64,000 nucleotides of DNA from Craspedostauros australis. Taxonomy: Eukaryota. The notes under the pieces are model-generated. The model had not been told where the DNA came from, did no database searches, and saw nothing but the letters and a program-made list of their open reading frames with translations. Location: assembly GCA_030167865.1 (NCBI GenBank), contig JALAGF010005483.1, forward strand, positions 1-64,000, read 5' to 3'. Positions within the stretch are counted from its first letter, which is position 1; each line of letters opens with the position of its first letter. This document shows, piece by piece, positions 49,870-61,079 of the stretch. The position numbers and the translations under genes were made by a program.

Positions 49870-51092
49870 TCTCGTTCGTCGTTCATTGATGTGAAGTGAT
49901 TGGGGCTGGAGAAGGGTCAGTGGCTCTCTTGGGAGTGCTGGGCGAGTAGTCGTATTGTATCTCCATCACTTGTCCAAAGTATGGCCGTTGCTGGGTTGTG
50001 GTGTGTCATCATTTGCTCGGTTGCGACCGACGCACATTCATCTGTTTTTTTGTTGCCGTTTCATTGTCTTAAATTATTGAAAGGTATTTTATTTTGACTT
50101 AGCTTACTAATGTTCATTCATGCGAATGTTATTCGTAAGGGTGCGGAGATATGGATAAATATCGTATAACTTCGAACGCAACAACCGCATCGAGTCCGTC
50201 ATTCATGTGACTGAATTGATCCCGCACGATCCAGCCTGACCAAGTGTGTTCTGTTTCTCCTGCGGTTGTTGTGGTGGTGGTGGCCTTGTGCGACGAACAT
50301 CCACGAGATTGGGGACGTAAACGAGGATTGCGTGCTGTTGGTGGACCAACGAACCGATACGAACCAAGATCGCCATCAGAGAGCCTCCGCTGAGGCGCAG
50401 TCAGGAAGATCATAGTTCGTCTCAAGGTCGTACGACTACAATACCCACCCTCCCGCACTGGACCAGGGCCCTCCAGCCGACACAATACGACTGCAGCAAC
50501 GGATACAGATACAGATACAGATATAATACATACATAATACATACGGACGGAGACACATAGTGCCGATACGTATGGTACGGATACGCTCATCTACTCTGTT
50601 GCCACTCTGCTTCACAAGTATAAGTCCATTGCACGTAGCATCCGTGCGAGCTGCGAGTACAAGTTGAGTGCTCCATACCAACACGCGCAGGGTCTACTCT
50701 CCAGCATCGATCACATAATATTATAATAGAATAGGATAGACCGCAGCTCGCACCGGAGGACGAGTGCAGGTCGTTGCCCAAAACCCCGTCAGGGCCCTGC
50801 TTGCCCAACAGAATCTGACCGAAGCACGTCAGAAGAGGGAACGGATACGACTAGTAGTGCTATACGGTCCACACGTTCATCGTTGGGCCATTGGGTGATC
50901 TTGGAGACCGAAGCGACAAGATTGGCCACCACGCCGAATCCCGCTCATTACGCCATCGCCTCCACACGAGTATCGTACAGCCCCGCCAAGTCCCCCACTG
51001 CTCGTACGACTACTCGCACTCGCAGGTACACCATACGATCGCAGAACGGCCGCGTCCAGAACTGCAAGCACAAAGCAGTCGCGGTGCACACG

Positions 51093-52253
51093 ATGGCTGC
51101 CGAACCACGATTGTCGGCCCACGACGTGCTGGACGCACTCAGCTTCGGACCCTCGCAGAGCCCAAGGAACGAATCGAATGCATCCAGCCAAAATGGAAAC
51201 AACGAGGATCCCAGGCAGCAGCACCAGCGGTTCAGCGCAAACGCAGGCATGTATGGAGCATCGTCATCGTCTTTCCCCACGCAACCGTACAAAGACCAAG
51301 CGGTGTTCGATCCCTTGGCACTGCCACCGGCTGCCCCACCGCCACCTCCACCGCCCAGCGACTCTGATGCTGCGTCCGTGCGTTCCATTACCACTGTAGA
51401 ATCCCTCTCCGGCGAAGCGTCCAACAACAAAGCCATGCGCTCGCAACAAAAGAATGCCGGTGCTTTGCCTGATTACCCAGTCACGTACCAGGAAGGAGCC
51501 GGTGCGCAGCCGACGACCTACATGGACCGCAGAGGCTTCGGCAGCACCGGGTACACGGAGCAGTTCACGAGCAATCGCTCCCGAGCGGCTTTTTCCAGCA
51601 CCAATCCCAACAGCGGTAGCAACGACGATCCCAACCACTTGCTGCTCCACAGCGGCGGAGACGTCAACATTCGACCCAACACCGGCGAGACTAATGATGA
51701 ATACGGCGGCATCGGCAGCCTCCGGGAGATCACGACGCGGCTGCGTTGGCTCACGATCATCACCTGCGGTGCTTCCATCGTTTGGGAAGGCTTCGCATTC
51801 CCCATGCGGCTGCTCGTCGACACATGGGTGCACCCTGCCCAGGTTGTCCTCGGTGGCTACCTTGCCGTCTTCTGCCTGCTCCTGCTCAGCGTCGAGCTCA
51901 ACTTCAAGCTTCGCGAAAACTTCGGCTTCCTCTACCATCCCTTGGGCCGCGCCTGGCTGCTTTTCCTCATGAGCGGCATGTGCTTCTGCATCCTGGCGGC
52001 ATGGTGGGAGACGATACTTGGCGTGGCATTCCTCGTCTGCTTTCTTGGCTACGCCTTTGCGTACTGGAAGTACCCCGAGTACCGCGCCTGGCAATCCTAC
52101 AGCGACAACGAGGTTTGGAACGACGTGCAGCAAGCCACCAGCCGCAGCGGCATCACATCCTGGGCCAACCCCTACAACCACGATCCATCGTCGCTGCCAA
52201 ATCTGCCATCGACGTTGAGCCAAGAGCGATCGTCGTTGTTGACGAAGTTCTAG
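51093..52253 (+). CDS. COPI-associated (Tvp15-like) membrane protein
   Basis: Four hydrophobic segments with YLAVFCLLLLSVEL...RENFGFLYHPLGRAWLLFLM, matching the FGFLxxxxGR signature; long disordered N-terminus. Confidence 0.75.
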   Translation: MAAEPRLSAHDVLDALSFGPSQSPRNESNASSQNGNNEDPRQQHQRFSANAGMYGASSSSFPTQPYKDQAVFDPLALPPAAPPPPPPPSDSDAASVRSITTVESLSGEASNNKAMRSQQKNAGALPDYPVTYQEGAGAQPTTYMDRRGFGSTGYTEQFTSNRSRAAFSSTNPNSGSNDDPNHLLLHSGGDVNIRPNTGETNDEYGGIGSLREITTRLRWLTIITCGASIVWEGFAFPMRLLVDTWVHPAQVVLGGYLAVFCLLLLSVELNFKLRENFGFLYHPLGRAWLLFLMSGMCFCILAAWWETILGVAFLVCFLGYAFAYWKYPEYRAWQSYSDNEVWNDVQQATSRSGITSWANPYNHDPSSLPNLPSTLSQERSSLLTKF

Positions 52254-53356
52254 AAAGACAGAGAAAGAGAGAGAGAGTAGTCAAATCCATGTCAGTGAAA
52301 TGTAGTAAACGAAACGATACGAAACGCAAGCCATCCACATCGATGTGGTGCAACATGTTATGCCATGAGATGCTCACTCTCTCCTCGCACAAGGAGTGTG
52401 CGTATTCAGCAATAGAATGGAGCAAGTCCAAGCAAGGGACACCATGAATGGAATGCGCCTATGTGCTGTGTATGCTATGTACGAGTACGTGTGGTGGCTT
52501 ACGACCTAGAGTATGGTCATGTCCCCTGGTGGAGACACGAAGTTCATGAAAGGCCGTAGAGAAATCCGTGAAGATGTGGTGGCTCGAGGCGGCATCTGAG
52601 CGTTCTCCTCCGTACTACACGCATCACGTGCGCGCCAAACCCGTGCCCACCATCGTCTGCTCTATTGGCACTGTACGAGCTACGAACATGCAATTGTGTT
52701 CCACGTAGGTCATCCCTCCTCTGGCTGGTACATATTCCACACCACAAGTCCTCTATGTACATCCCCATCTCAGTGCGAGGCTTCTTCACCATTTTGAGTT
52801 GGTTATTGTTAGAGTAATGATACAGTTATCGCGGTTGTTGTGGATGCTTTGCATACGTATGTACGCGCACGTGTACTAGTATGGCATGGCACATCACCCG
52901 TCGTTCCCCTCTTCTGGCCTTGCTCGTGATGGCCTTTGGTTGGTATGGTACTTGTGGGGATGGTGGAATGCACCTTGGGAGTGCTTGTCTGTTGGTCTGT
53001 TTGGTTTGGTCGTGCATGTTAGTTGGCTGGCCGATTATGTGCTTCCTGTTTGTTCTTTGATCGGCGCCGCCGCCTGCTTTCTTGCCACGGTCGCAAGGCT
53101 TCTTTGTCTTCGTTGTCTCTTGGGGCCACCTTGCCCTCTTCTCGTGTGTAGTTGTGGGGTACACTCATTTGCTGATGTGGATGTATGCCTAGTTCTCATA
53201 GCGCATGTAGGGATGGATACGGCCGTTCATGAGCAATGTGGCACTCGGTGCATTTTGTTGCGCTTTGTGCATTGCGCCTTGAACTTGCTGCTTGCTTCTT
53301 TGGTTGCGGCGCATCGTGGATAGATGCTCCGTACCTACTCGTAGGAATATGCAGTG

Positions 53357-54826
53357 TTAGCAATCGTGGCGGTATTCTTTGAGTTGCAGCCCGTTCCTGA
53401 GGAACCAGTGCAGGACGTTCGGGTCTTGGTCGGTGGCCGCCCTGACGACAACCGTTTGCCACGGAAGACCCTCCGTCCTTGCGAGGGGGTCGTTGACGAC
53501 GACGTTCCGGCCGCACCTATTGAGCTTCAACCAGTAGTGCATGGGCTTGAGGAATTTCCGGTACTGCAGTTCGCAATCGATCAGGAACTGTGTTAGGTTG
53601 TAGTTGGCCTCCATTGCCTCAGCGACAGCGAGGACGGCCTTCTTGGGAAGAGGACTTGTCTCCTTGGGATTGTTGAGCACGAGGCTCTTGAGCGATTTGT
53701 TGTTGCGGATGCAGTTGACCAGCGGGACTTCGTCATGGATGCGGCTTCCTCGGGAAACGAAGGATCGCAGGACGCATTGCGAAGGTGCCTCGGCCAGGAG
53801 GTTGAGGGTCGTGCATAGATTCTTGTTCTGCACATCGCAGAAGGAGCACTCAAGCTGGCGTATCTTGCCGGACTCTGCGCAGGCCCTGGCGATGGCAGGC
53901 ACGGCGTCCGATATTTGGAAGTTTCCCGCGATGGAGATGCTGTTGAGTCTGGAATCAGCTGGGAGGTTGGCGATGGCGTCTGCCAGCACGAGCCCGTCCT
54001 TGTCGTCCAGATCGCAAAGGCTGATGTCGAAGCTTTCCAGCTCGGGGAGCTTGTGGAAGATCTGCTTGATCCAGTTGGACTTGCAGTCGAGATGTCTGTT
54101 GTTGCGCAAGCTGAGCTTGGTGATGGGTGTTTGGACCTTGGCCCGTTTGCGGAGATCGCGGATGAGCTGGCCCATGTGCTCGACCTCGATGTCGCAGTCA
54201 TTGAGCCGCAGGCTGTCCGCGGCTGTGGGGAGGAAGGGGATGATCTGGATGATGTTGTCATCGCAGACAGCGGCATCGTCGTCCTGCAAGTTGTCATGAT
54301 GGTGGTGATGACGGCGGCTGCTGCTTTGGTGATGCTTGTGATGATGACCGTGATGGGCGGGGGTGATCTGGAACTGGAACTTGCGGAAGGAGGTGTTGTG
54401 CCTCGGATCCGACTGCACCTGCCTCTGAATGCGCGTGCAGCGGATGTCGATCTCGGTGATGGAGTTGTTCTCAAGGAACCTCCACTGCATGGAAGATGGG
54501 AGCCACGAGTCGAGGATCAGCTGCATCTTCTTGAGGTTCGCCTTCTTTAGGAGCAGAGGCAGCAGCTCCTTGCACACCAGCCGATGATCGCGCGGCTTGA
54601 GCCTCCAGCCGACGCGAAGGGACTCCAGACAATCCAGGGGCTGGTTGCGCACGACGGTGATCAAGTGGGGGAGGTCGTACTTGCTGAGCTGAGCGTCGGT
54701 CATCCCCAGCTTGATCTCCTTGAGCCTCTGTTGGGAGAGCTGCTGGCACATCTGGCGCATATGCCATGAGGCATTCTCGGCAATGGCCGAGGCCTTGAGT
54801 TTCCTGGAGATCTTTGGGATGTGCAT
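53357..54826 (-). CDS. RNI-like leucine-rich repeat protein
   Basis: LRLNDCDI, ITKLSLRNN, LESFDISLCDLDDKDGLVLADAI, LNSISIAGN, IRNNKSLKSLVL; C-terminal YWLKLNRCGR...VLHWFLRN cap seen in diatom LRR families. Confidence 0.85.
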   Translation of the reverse strand: MHIPKISRKLKASAIAENASWHMRQMCQQLSQQRLKEIKLGMTDAQLSKYDLPHLITVVRNQPLDCLESLRVGWRLKPRDHRLVCKELLPLLLKKANLKKMQLILDSWLPSSMQWRFLENNSITEIDIRCTRIQRQVQSDPRHNTSFRKFQFQITPAHHGHHHKHHQSSSRRHHHHHDNLQDDDAAVCDDNIIQIIPFLPTAADSLRLNDCDIEVEHMGQLIRDLRKRAKVQTPITKLSLRNNRHLDCKSNWIKQIFHKLPELESFDISLCDLDDKDGLVLADAIANLPADSRLNSISIAGNFQISDAVPAIARACAESGKIRQLECSFCDVQNKNLCTTLNLLAEAPSQCVLRSFVSRGSRIHDEVPLVNCIRNNKSLKSLVLNNPKETSPLPKKAVLAVAEAMEANYNLTQFLIDCELQYRKFLKPMHYWLKLNRCGRNVVVNDPLARTEGLPWQTVVVRAATDQDPNVLHWFLRNGLQLKEYRHDC

Positions 54827-57285
54827 AGTGGTTGTGGCTGAGATCGTGGCTGAGATCGGGGTTGTGGTGGCTGGATGGTTGTCCTGATTGTGACCGTCCT
54901 CCTGGTGATTGGCCAGACGCGTGTTTGGAGCGAAGCGAACGATGGTTGAAGGTGGATGGCCGCAGGCGATGCGTTCGTTTCGGTGGGGGCGCTGGCTTTG
55001 GAGTGGTTGTCGGATGGGATCTGCCTCTCGTTGGTGAACTTCTTCGTCCGAACAGACCTCGGATTGTGGGCGGAAATTGTGTCGATCGTATACTACTAGT
55101 ATAGGTGTCAGGGTCCCTGATTGTTCCTCTGGAGTTCTCGTGAGAGGTGAGTGAACTGCCTTTGGCGTGAGTGCTGCGTGAATGCCTTCGCTTGTGCGGA
55201 TCGATCGGTGCTGAACTGATTGCTTTTGACGTCTCCTGCCAATGATGACAACTGTTCTGACGCGGTGATCGCTTCTGTGAGCAGCTTGATACTTTGAAAT
55301 CTGTTGCTTCGGTGTTGGGTTCTTGTGAATATGAACTGTGCTTCGAAGTGCGCCAGGTTGGAGCTACGGCTACTCGTTGGGATTGTGCTTGTCTCCTTCC
55401 TTACAGAGTGTCTCTGTCTGTCGAGGTTGGGTTGAAGGGTCTGAGGGGTCTGAAGGCTTTGGAGGTGATGCCGACGGAATACTATGCTGTGGAATGCAAC
55501 TTAGTGGAATACGAGTATTCGCATGGTGCAAGCAGATCGTGATGAACCAGCCACGCACAAGGAGGTGTGAGAAGAAAAAAGAGAAGAAGCCCCGTGGAGG
55601 ATGGAGAGGAGGATGTCTTCGTTGGTACAGCCAGATGGTTGTGCTTTTGGCAGTGTTGTCAACGGCACGAACTGCACCTGATTTGATTGGTTTCTGGTGT
55701 TCTGGGTTTGTGGTATTTTCTAAATTTGTGTGCATTCTTCGCTGTTTCTGCTCCTGTGTCTGATTGGGTGAAGGTGATTGTTCTGCGTATTCGTGGGGCG
55801 CGCTGGCTCTCTGTTGCTTGTGGTCTCGTCTTCATCGCGTCACGCGCAGCCATGTCTCATTCCACCCGTGCTCCTTTTTACGCTCCCTTGTTCGTACGAC
55901 TCCTTACGGTCATTGCGTGTCTGCTTGTCTGTGTGTTTCCGTGTCGCTTCGGCTCTTCTGTCGAGTGCACCGAACATGCCGAATTGGTTCTTCGCTTCCA
56001 TTTGAGGTGTGGTGTCACTCCAAGTTTGGCGGTCAAACTTTATCCGGCCCAAGTTCGGTGGGAAGGAAGCGTTCTCCATTTAACGCCGCCGATGTCCGTG
56101 ATGTCGCTGCCATCGTGTCATGTCGCGAACTCCACCTGAGAGGCATCACAAAAACAGCCGCCAAGTGCGAATTCGATGCAAAACGGAGTCATCGTCGCCA
56201 GTTTGTTCGTCGAAAGAAGGAGGCGCTTCCCTCTTGACAGCGCGCACGTCGCATCGTGTCACGTTCGGGTAGAGCAAAGGCGACGAGAAGCGCGCACAGA
56301 ATTCAAGACTCCTTTCGTCGAAGGGTCTCCTCCGTTCGTGTCAAAAGACACGAACCAGCTGGCTGTCTGTTCGGACAAACTGGGGACGAAATGGTGCCGT
56401 CACCATTCCTTGAGTTCTCTCGCATTTGGCTTTGGAGCGCGCGTCGAGAGATCCGCAACCCATCGCAACATGAGGGCGAAATGCACCCTCCTTCCTGTTG
56501 CGTTGTGGAGTAATCCAAAACATGTTCTCGCACCGCCATCTGCTGTTGCCTCCTGCCTCACTCACTTCGTTTGTGGCACATGCGGCAACCGACACGAGCT
56601 ACTCTATCCGTTCGACCGAACGAGCACCAGCTTTCCCAGATGGCGAGGCTATCCCGTGCCATCTATTTCGAATTCCGCGGAGGCTTGGGAAGCTCTTTCG
56701 AGCTGCTCCACCTATTATACTAGTACTATCCTCCATTGCATAATAGAATAGTATAGTGGTATGGTATTCGTTGTGAAGTGAATGATAGGAGAATGGTTGG
56801 TTGGAGCACTGATTGCTATGAGCTGCCTATGGTACGGATACAAGCCACGAGTGTGGGTATCTGTATTGCTTGAGATGTTCGTGGGGGAAGGTCGTATTGT
56901 ACAAACTACATTGTGCTCGTGGATAGTCCATGCATGATCGCCAGCCTCTTTGGGATCTTCATCTCTGGCTGTATCCAATCAATCGATGGTACACTCTATC
57001 ATGCATCGCTCCAGACTTCTTGAAGTTCGCACAGTCAAGGCTGATGCACGTGGCGGAGCTTCGCATACTCGGCCTCTCCTGCCAATCTCTGCTACTCGCA
57101 CGGGCTCGGCACTCGTACGCCTATGCTTGTTTCTTTGGGCCGATTTCACCAGAATGAAGACAACGTCGGTCGCAATTGTTGCCCAACCTGTTGCCTGCAC
57201 AGAATCGCTCTTCGCGTCAACACCTATTGCTCGGCCTCGCTTCTTCTCGCCTGTTTCCAACCCTTCGGCTCTCCTCAGCTCGTCA

Positions 57286-58313
57286 TCAGAGACAGCAAAG
57301 GGGCAGTATGAAGAGTAGTGGCAGCAGCAAAGGTACCGCAACCATCGACAAGCCGCACGTGCATGGGCTGATCACGACGAAGAACAGGATCAGCCCCAGC
57401 ACTGAGCAGCTCACCATGAAGCATCCGCCCCGCAAGCGCCGATGCACGAACACCGTCACCCCGTCATCGTCAAAGATTGAAAGGCATCTATCTTCCTCAC
57501 CATGTGTCGTTCCTGCCGGATCCCCCACCGTCAACATCTTGCCCTTGGCGGAGAAATAAACATCCTCCATGGTAATGTAGGGATAGTTCTTCGTCACTTG
57601 CTGCCTCAGCACTCCCATGATTTCGTCTGCATCGGCTGTCTCACACTCCAATGTGCAACAGAGCAGCTACTCGTGATATTCCGTGTGGCATTTGCAGATC
57701 CATGGCAATGGAATGTTGGAATACGAGTACGCACGAAGGATGGAACCGCTCAAAGTCAAGAAGGTCCATTATGATTGTCAGCGGCCATCGTTTGTCCATC
57801 GTTGGCGCGCCGTACATGAAGGGATGCGGCAGCATATCACACGGCGTAATGCATCAAAAGCAATCAAAGCGACATGAGATTGTATGGTACGACAAGAAAC
57901 AAATGAATGGTGAGCGCTGGTCCGCAAATGCATTTCGCAAAAGTCACCATTCGCCTCGTTGATGCATCAGATGGAGAATATCACTTTGCCCGTCGACGAG
58001 TAGACATCCATAGGGTCGCCGCAAGCGTCACCTCCATCTACCATATTACACTGGCCACCACCATTCTTGGTGCTAGTGTCGTGCGTACCTTGCCATCCCA
58101 ACACTTCAGGAAGACGTTCCGCTTCTTCGTCATCTCGCCATTGGTGGCTCCTCCAACACCGTTTGGATCTGCGCTTGGGACAATCTGTTGCGCTCGTATG
58201 CGTTCACGCCAACCATCTATCGAACAATCAACATCTGCATCCCTGCCCATCATCTCCGTCGCAGTAGGTATGCCATCGTGATCGCTGCACGCTCGATGAA
58301 CTGTCGCAGCCAT
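57286..58313 (-). CDS. Ubiquitin-like domain protein with RLRGG followed by a hydrophobic C-terminal extension (exons 58313-58089, 57666-57286)
   Basis: A phase-0 GTACGC..TAG intron (58088-57667) joins NVFLKCWDGK to LLCCTLECE. DVYFSAKGKML and VTVFVHRRLRGG align with ubiquitin's QRLIFAGKQL and STLHLVLRLRGG. Confidence 0.8.
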
Positions 58314-58697
58314 GTATTTTATGGTGTAATAGTTTGCGTCAGCAGGATGCGAGGGAGAATGGCGGAGAGGATCCTGTACGAGTGTGTCGATGCCAAGATC
58401 CTGTTCGTGATCTTGTGCTTCAACAGGGACTGTGATGCTTCGTCGTCTCGCGTTGGGAGCTGGCGATGCAACCGGAAGCCAGCTGCGGAATGGCGTCCGT
58501 TCCCTGATGATCTGATGGTCTGTTTGGCTGCGATGTGATGCGATGCGATGCAGTGCGATATAATTGTGGTGCGGCGCAACGCGGTCCGATCCTTGTGCAG
58601 CTTGTCGGAACTCGTATCTGATTGCTCTCCTCTGCATTCAAGAGTACATCCATCGGTATGTTCCACGAATCCTTGAATGAAAGCCGAAGGCTTCACA

Positions 58698-58740
58698 ATT
58701 ACACCAACACCAACACCAACACCAACACCAACACCAACGA
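58698..58740. repeat. (ACACCA)n microsatellite
   Basis: Directly visible. Confidence 0.85.
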
Positions 58741-59222
58741 TGATCGTATGAACAACGCAACCGTGACCACAACCACAACCACACATACAGAACAGAACAC
58801 ACAATCGCGGCTTGGCGATCTTTGGCTGTGTTGGCGCCAAGAAGAACAAGAAACCGAAGGTTGGCAATCCATCACTCCAGCCTCCGTGATTGGCCCAAGA
58901 ACAACATCTTGGTGCAACCATGACGTCATCGCCGCAGGAATTGTCTCTGCCTCGGACATGTCCGGCTGTCTATCAAAGTTTGCCAGCGAGGCTAGATAGA
59001 TAGAGAGAGAGAGACAGAGAGAAGCCAATACCAACCAGACCACCAACAAGGCAGGAATGCGTCGATTCTGCCCAACTCAAGTTTGCTGTTTTATTCAATG
59101 TCCGATTACGAGCTACTCAACTGCGACCATTGGATACCAGCCTTCTCCGTGTTTGCAAATGACGATCCCTTCTGAGAAAAGGATAATATTATCCACAAGG
59201 ATTGTATGGTTGGAGAGACGAA

Positions 59223-61079
59223 TTACAACCCCATTCGAGCCATCGCCGCATCCGCAATCTGAGCGCGCTTGTGCTTCTTGACGCAATCGGAGCTGCAAAA
59301 TTTGAAGTCATGCAGGAAGAACAGACTCTTGCGCGGTTTGCGGCTGATGTCGCTGTTGCACCAGTGGCATCCAGTTCTGGTTGTACTTCCGACGGTGGAC
59401 AGTTTCTGCTTCTGCTTCTCCTCTTCGTCCTTCTTGGCTTTCTCAGCAGCCTCCAACTGTGCCTTGTCGGCGGCCTTCTTCTTCTTTTGGCGCGCTCGCT
59501 TCTGCCTGCGTTTCTCGGCCTCCTTTTCCTTCTTGGCCTGCATGGCGTCTTCCGTGAGGGCCGGTCCTACCTTGGCGTCCTTCCAATCGCAGTACTCTTC
59601 GCCGAGAGTGCCACGGGCCATTCGGAATGCCTCTCTGACCTTATCGTGAGCTGCCAGGAAGTACGGCGGTCGTCCTCGAACGTCGAGAACGCAGGGATCG
59701 GCATGTCCCTTGAGCAACAGCGCTGATACGCACTGCGCTGCGACGGCTTGGTCAATGGCCACGGACTCTGCTGCAAAGTGGAGCGGCGTGCTGAAGTTCT
59801 CACCAGCCTGGATATTGATTTGATCGGCGATGGTGTCAACCATCAACCACTCTAGAATTTTGTCGACATCGCCATCCATGGCTGCTTCGTGCAACGGAGT
59901 CAACGGCACAATCAGGGCCTTCTTCTTCTCCTCCTCTTCCTCGATCTCCTTCTCTTTCGCGTTCTCGGTATCTTTGATGGTTTCCAGTTTGCCACCAACG
60001 ACTGGGCCTTGTCCTGCTGCCGCACTATTCGGTGTCACATCAGAGGTGAAATTGGCATCTATTGACCGTGCAGCCATATGCATCATCACATCATGGGTAA
60101 CGCATACGCTTTCGAATGTCGGCCGGCCGATGTCGAATGGGACCTTGCGGATTCGGTCGTCGTCACGTGTGATGACATCCTTCACAGAATCTGCAAACAC
60201 CGTGCTGGTCATGGTCTTGGGACACGAAACCAGCACAAGGCACGCCGACTCGATGTGAGACTTCCAGCTCAGCAGCGTCTCGTGAATATCTTCCTTCAAA
60301 GATATCTCACCTGCACGCCGCAGCTGCGCTCCCATCGATTTGGCCTTTCGCTTCGAGTTGTCCTGCGCAGACTGGGCCTTGCCCTGCCCCTTGCGGATCG
60401 TGTAGCGTTGGCATGCTCGATGGATGAGACACTTGTCACGCTTGAAGACGCCACCTGCGAACCGTCCGCTACGAATCAGGAGCACCACCACTGTTTGCTG
60501 CTGCAAATTCGCGGACAGCGATCGAAACAACGAGCATTGCTGCGCGATTCCAACGCCAGGCGTCCTCAGCGGCTTTGGAAGCAGTGAGAGCGGCAACACC
60601 ACCTCGTTGTCATCGTCGATTGGAAAAGCTGGCGCGTTGGCGGCTGAGAGCTGCTGGTGGATGAGATGCCTATTCTCTGCGACCTTCTTGTTTCTGCCTG
60701 GCTTCTGCTGCTTCTGTTTGTGCGCCTGTGCTTGTTTTCGATGGGGCTTGTGCTTTGAACTCTCATTCTGTTGCTCGTCTTGTCTCCGTGCGTCATTGGC
60801 GACGCTGTCACTGCTTTCGACGCGACTGCCATCAGCAGCACCTTCACCTTCGTCCCCTGACGACAGACCAGAGTCGTCTTCGCTGTCGTCGCTTTGCGAG
60901 TCAATCGCACTCTCATCCTCGGAAGATGACGTGTCTGCATCATGGTGGTAGACCCTGCCTGGGACGGCATATTGCTGACTCTTCACTAGCTCATCATGGT
61001 TGCTTTGGACCCTTTTCTCGGCCTGCTCCAGCAGCTTCAGTGCCTCGCTGGTGTACAGTAGATGCGTCTCCATCGTCAT
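59223..61079 (-). CDS. VMS1: Vms1/ANKZF1 ribosome quality-control factor (VLRF1 domain, ankyrin, coiled coil, treble clef, VIM)
   Basis: SGRFAGGVF...HRACQRYTIRKGQGKAQSAQD...KSMGAQLRR (VLRF1); TPLHEAA and TPLHFAA ankyrins; CHWC...FCSSDC; terminal R-x5-AA-x2-R. Confidence 0.92.
   Translation of the reverse strand: MTMETHLLYTSEALKLLEQAEKRVQSNHDELVKSQQYAVPGRVYHHDADTSSSEDESAIDSQSDDSEDDSGLSSGDEGEGAADGSRVESSDSVANDARRQDEQQNESSKHKPHRKQAQAHKQKQQKPGRNKKVAENRHLIHQQLSAANAPAFPIDDDNEVVLPLSLLPKPLRTPGVGIAQQCSLFRSLSANLQQQTVVVLLIRSGRFAGGVFKRDKCLIHRACQRYTIRKGQGKAQSAQDNSKRKAKSMGAQLRRAGEISLKEDIHETLLSWKSHIESACLVLVSCPKTMTSTVFADSVKDVITRDDDRIRKVPFDIGRPTFESVCVTHDVMMHMAARSIDANFTSDVTPNSAAAGQGPVVGGKLETIKDTENAKEKEIEEEEEKKKALIVPLTPLHEAAMDGDVDKILEWLMVDTIADQINIQAGENFSTPLHFAAESVAIDQAVAAQCVSALLLKGHADPCVLDVRGRPPYFLAAHDKVREAFRMARGTLGEEYCDWKDAKVGPALTEDAMQAKKEKEAEKRRQKRARQKKKKAADKAQLEAAEKAKKDEEEKQKQKLSTVGSTTRTGCHWCNSDISRKPRKSLFFLHDFKFCSSDCVKKHKRAQIADAAMARMGL

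Noticed and set aside
54830..57280. ORFs such as 56176..56751 upstream of the LRR gene
   Set aside because: No coding-like composition or domain; more likely UTR or regulatory DNA.
41708..61079. Proteostasis cluster (SGTA-like, UBL-membrane tail, Vms1)
   Set aside because: Unrelated genes are interspersed and eukaryotic neighbourhoods are usually not functional, so it is unsupported without synteny data.
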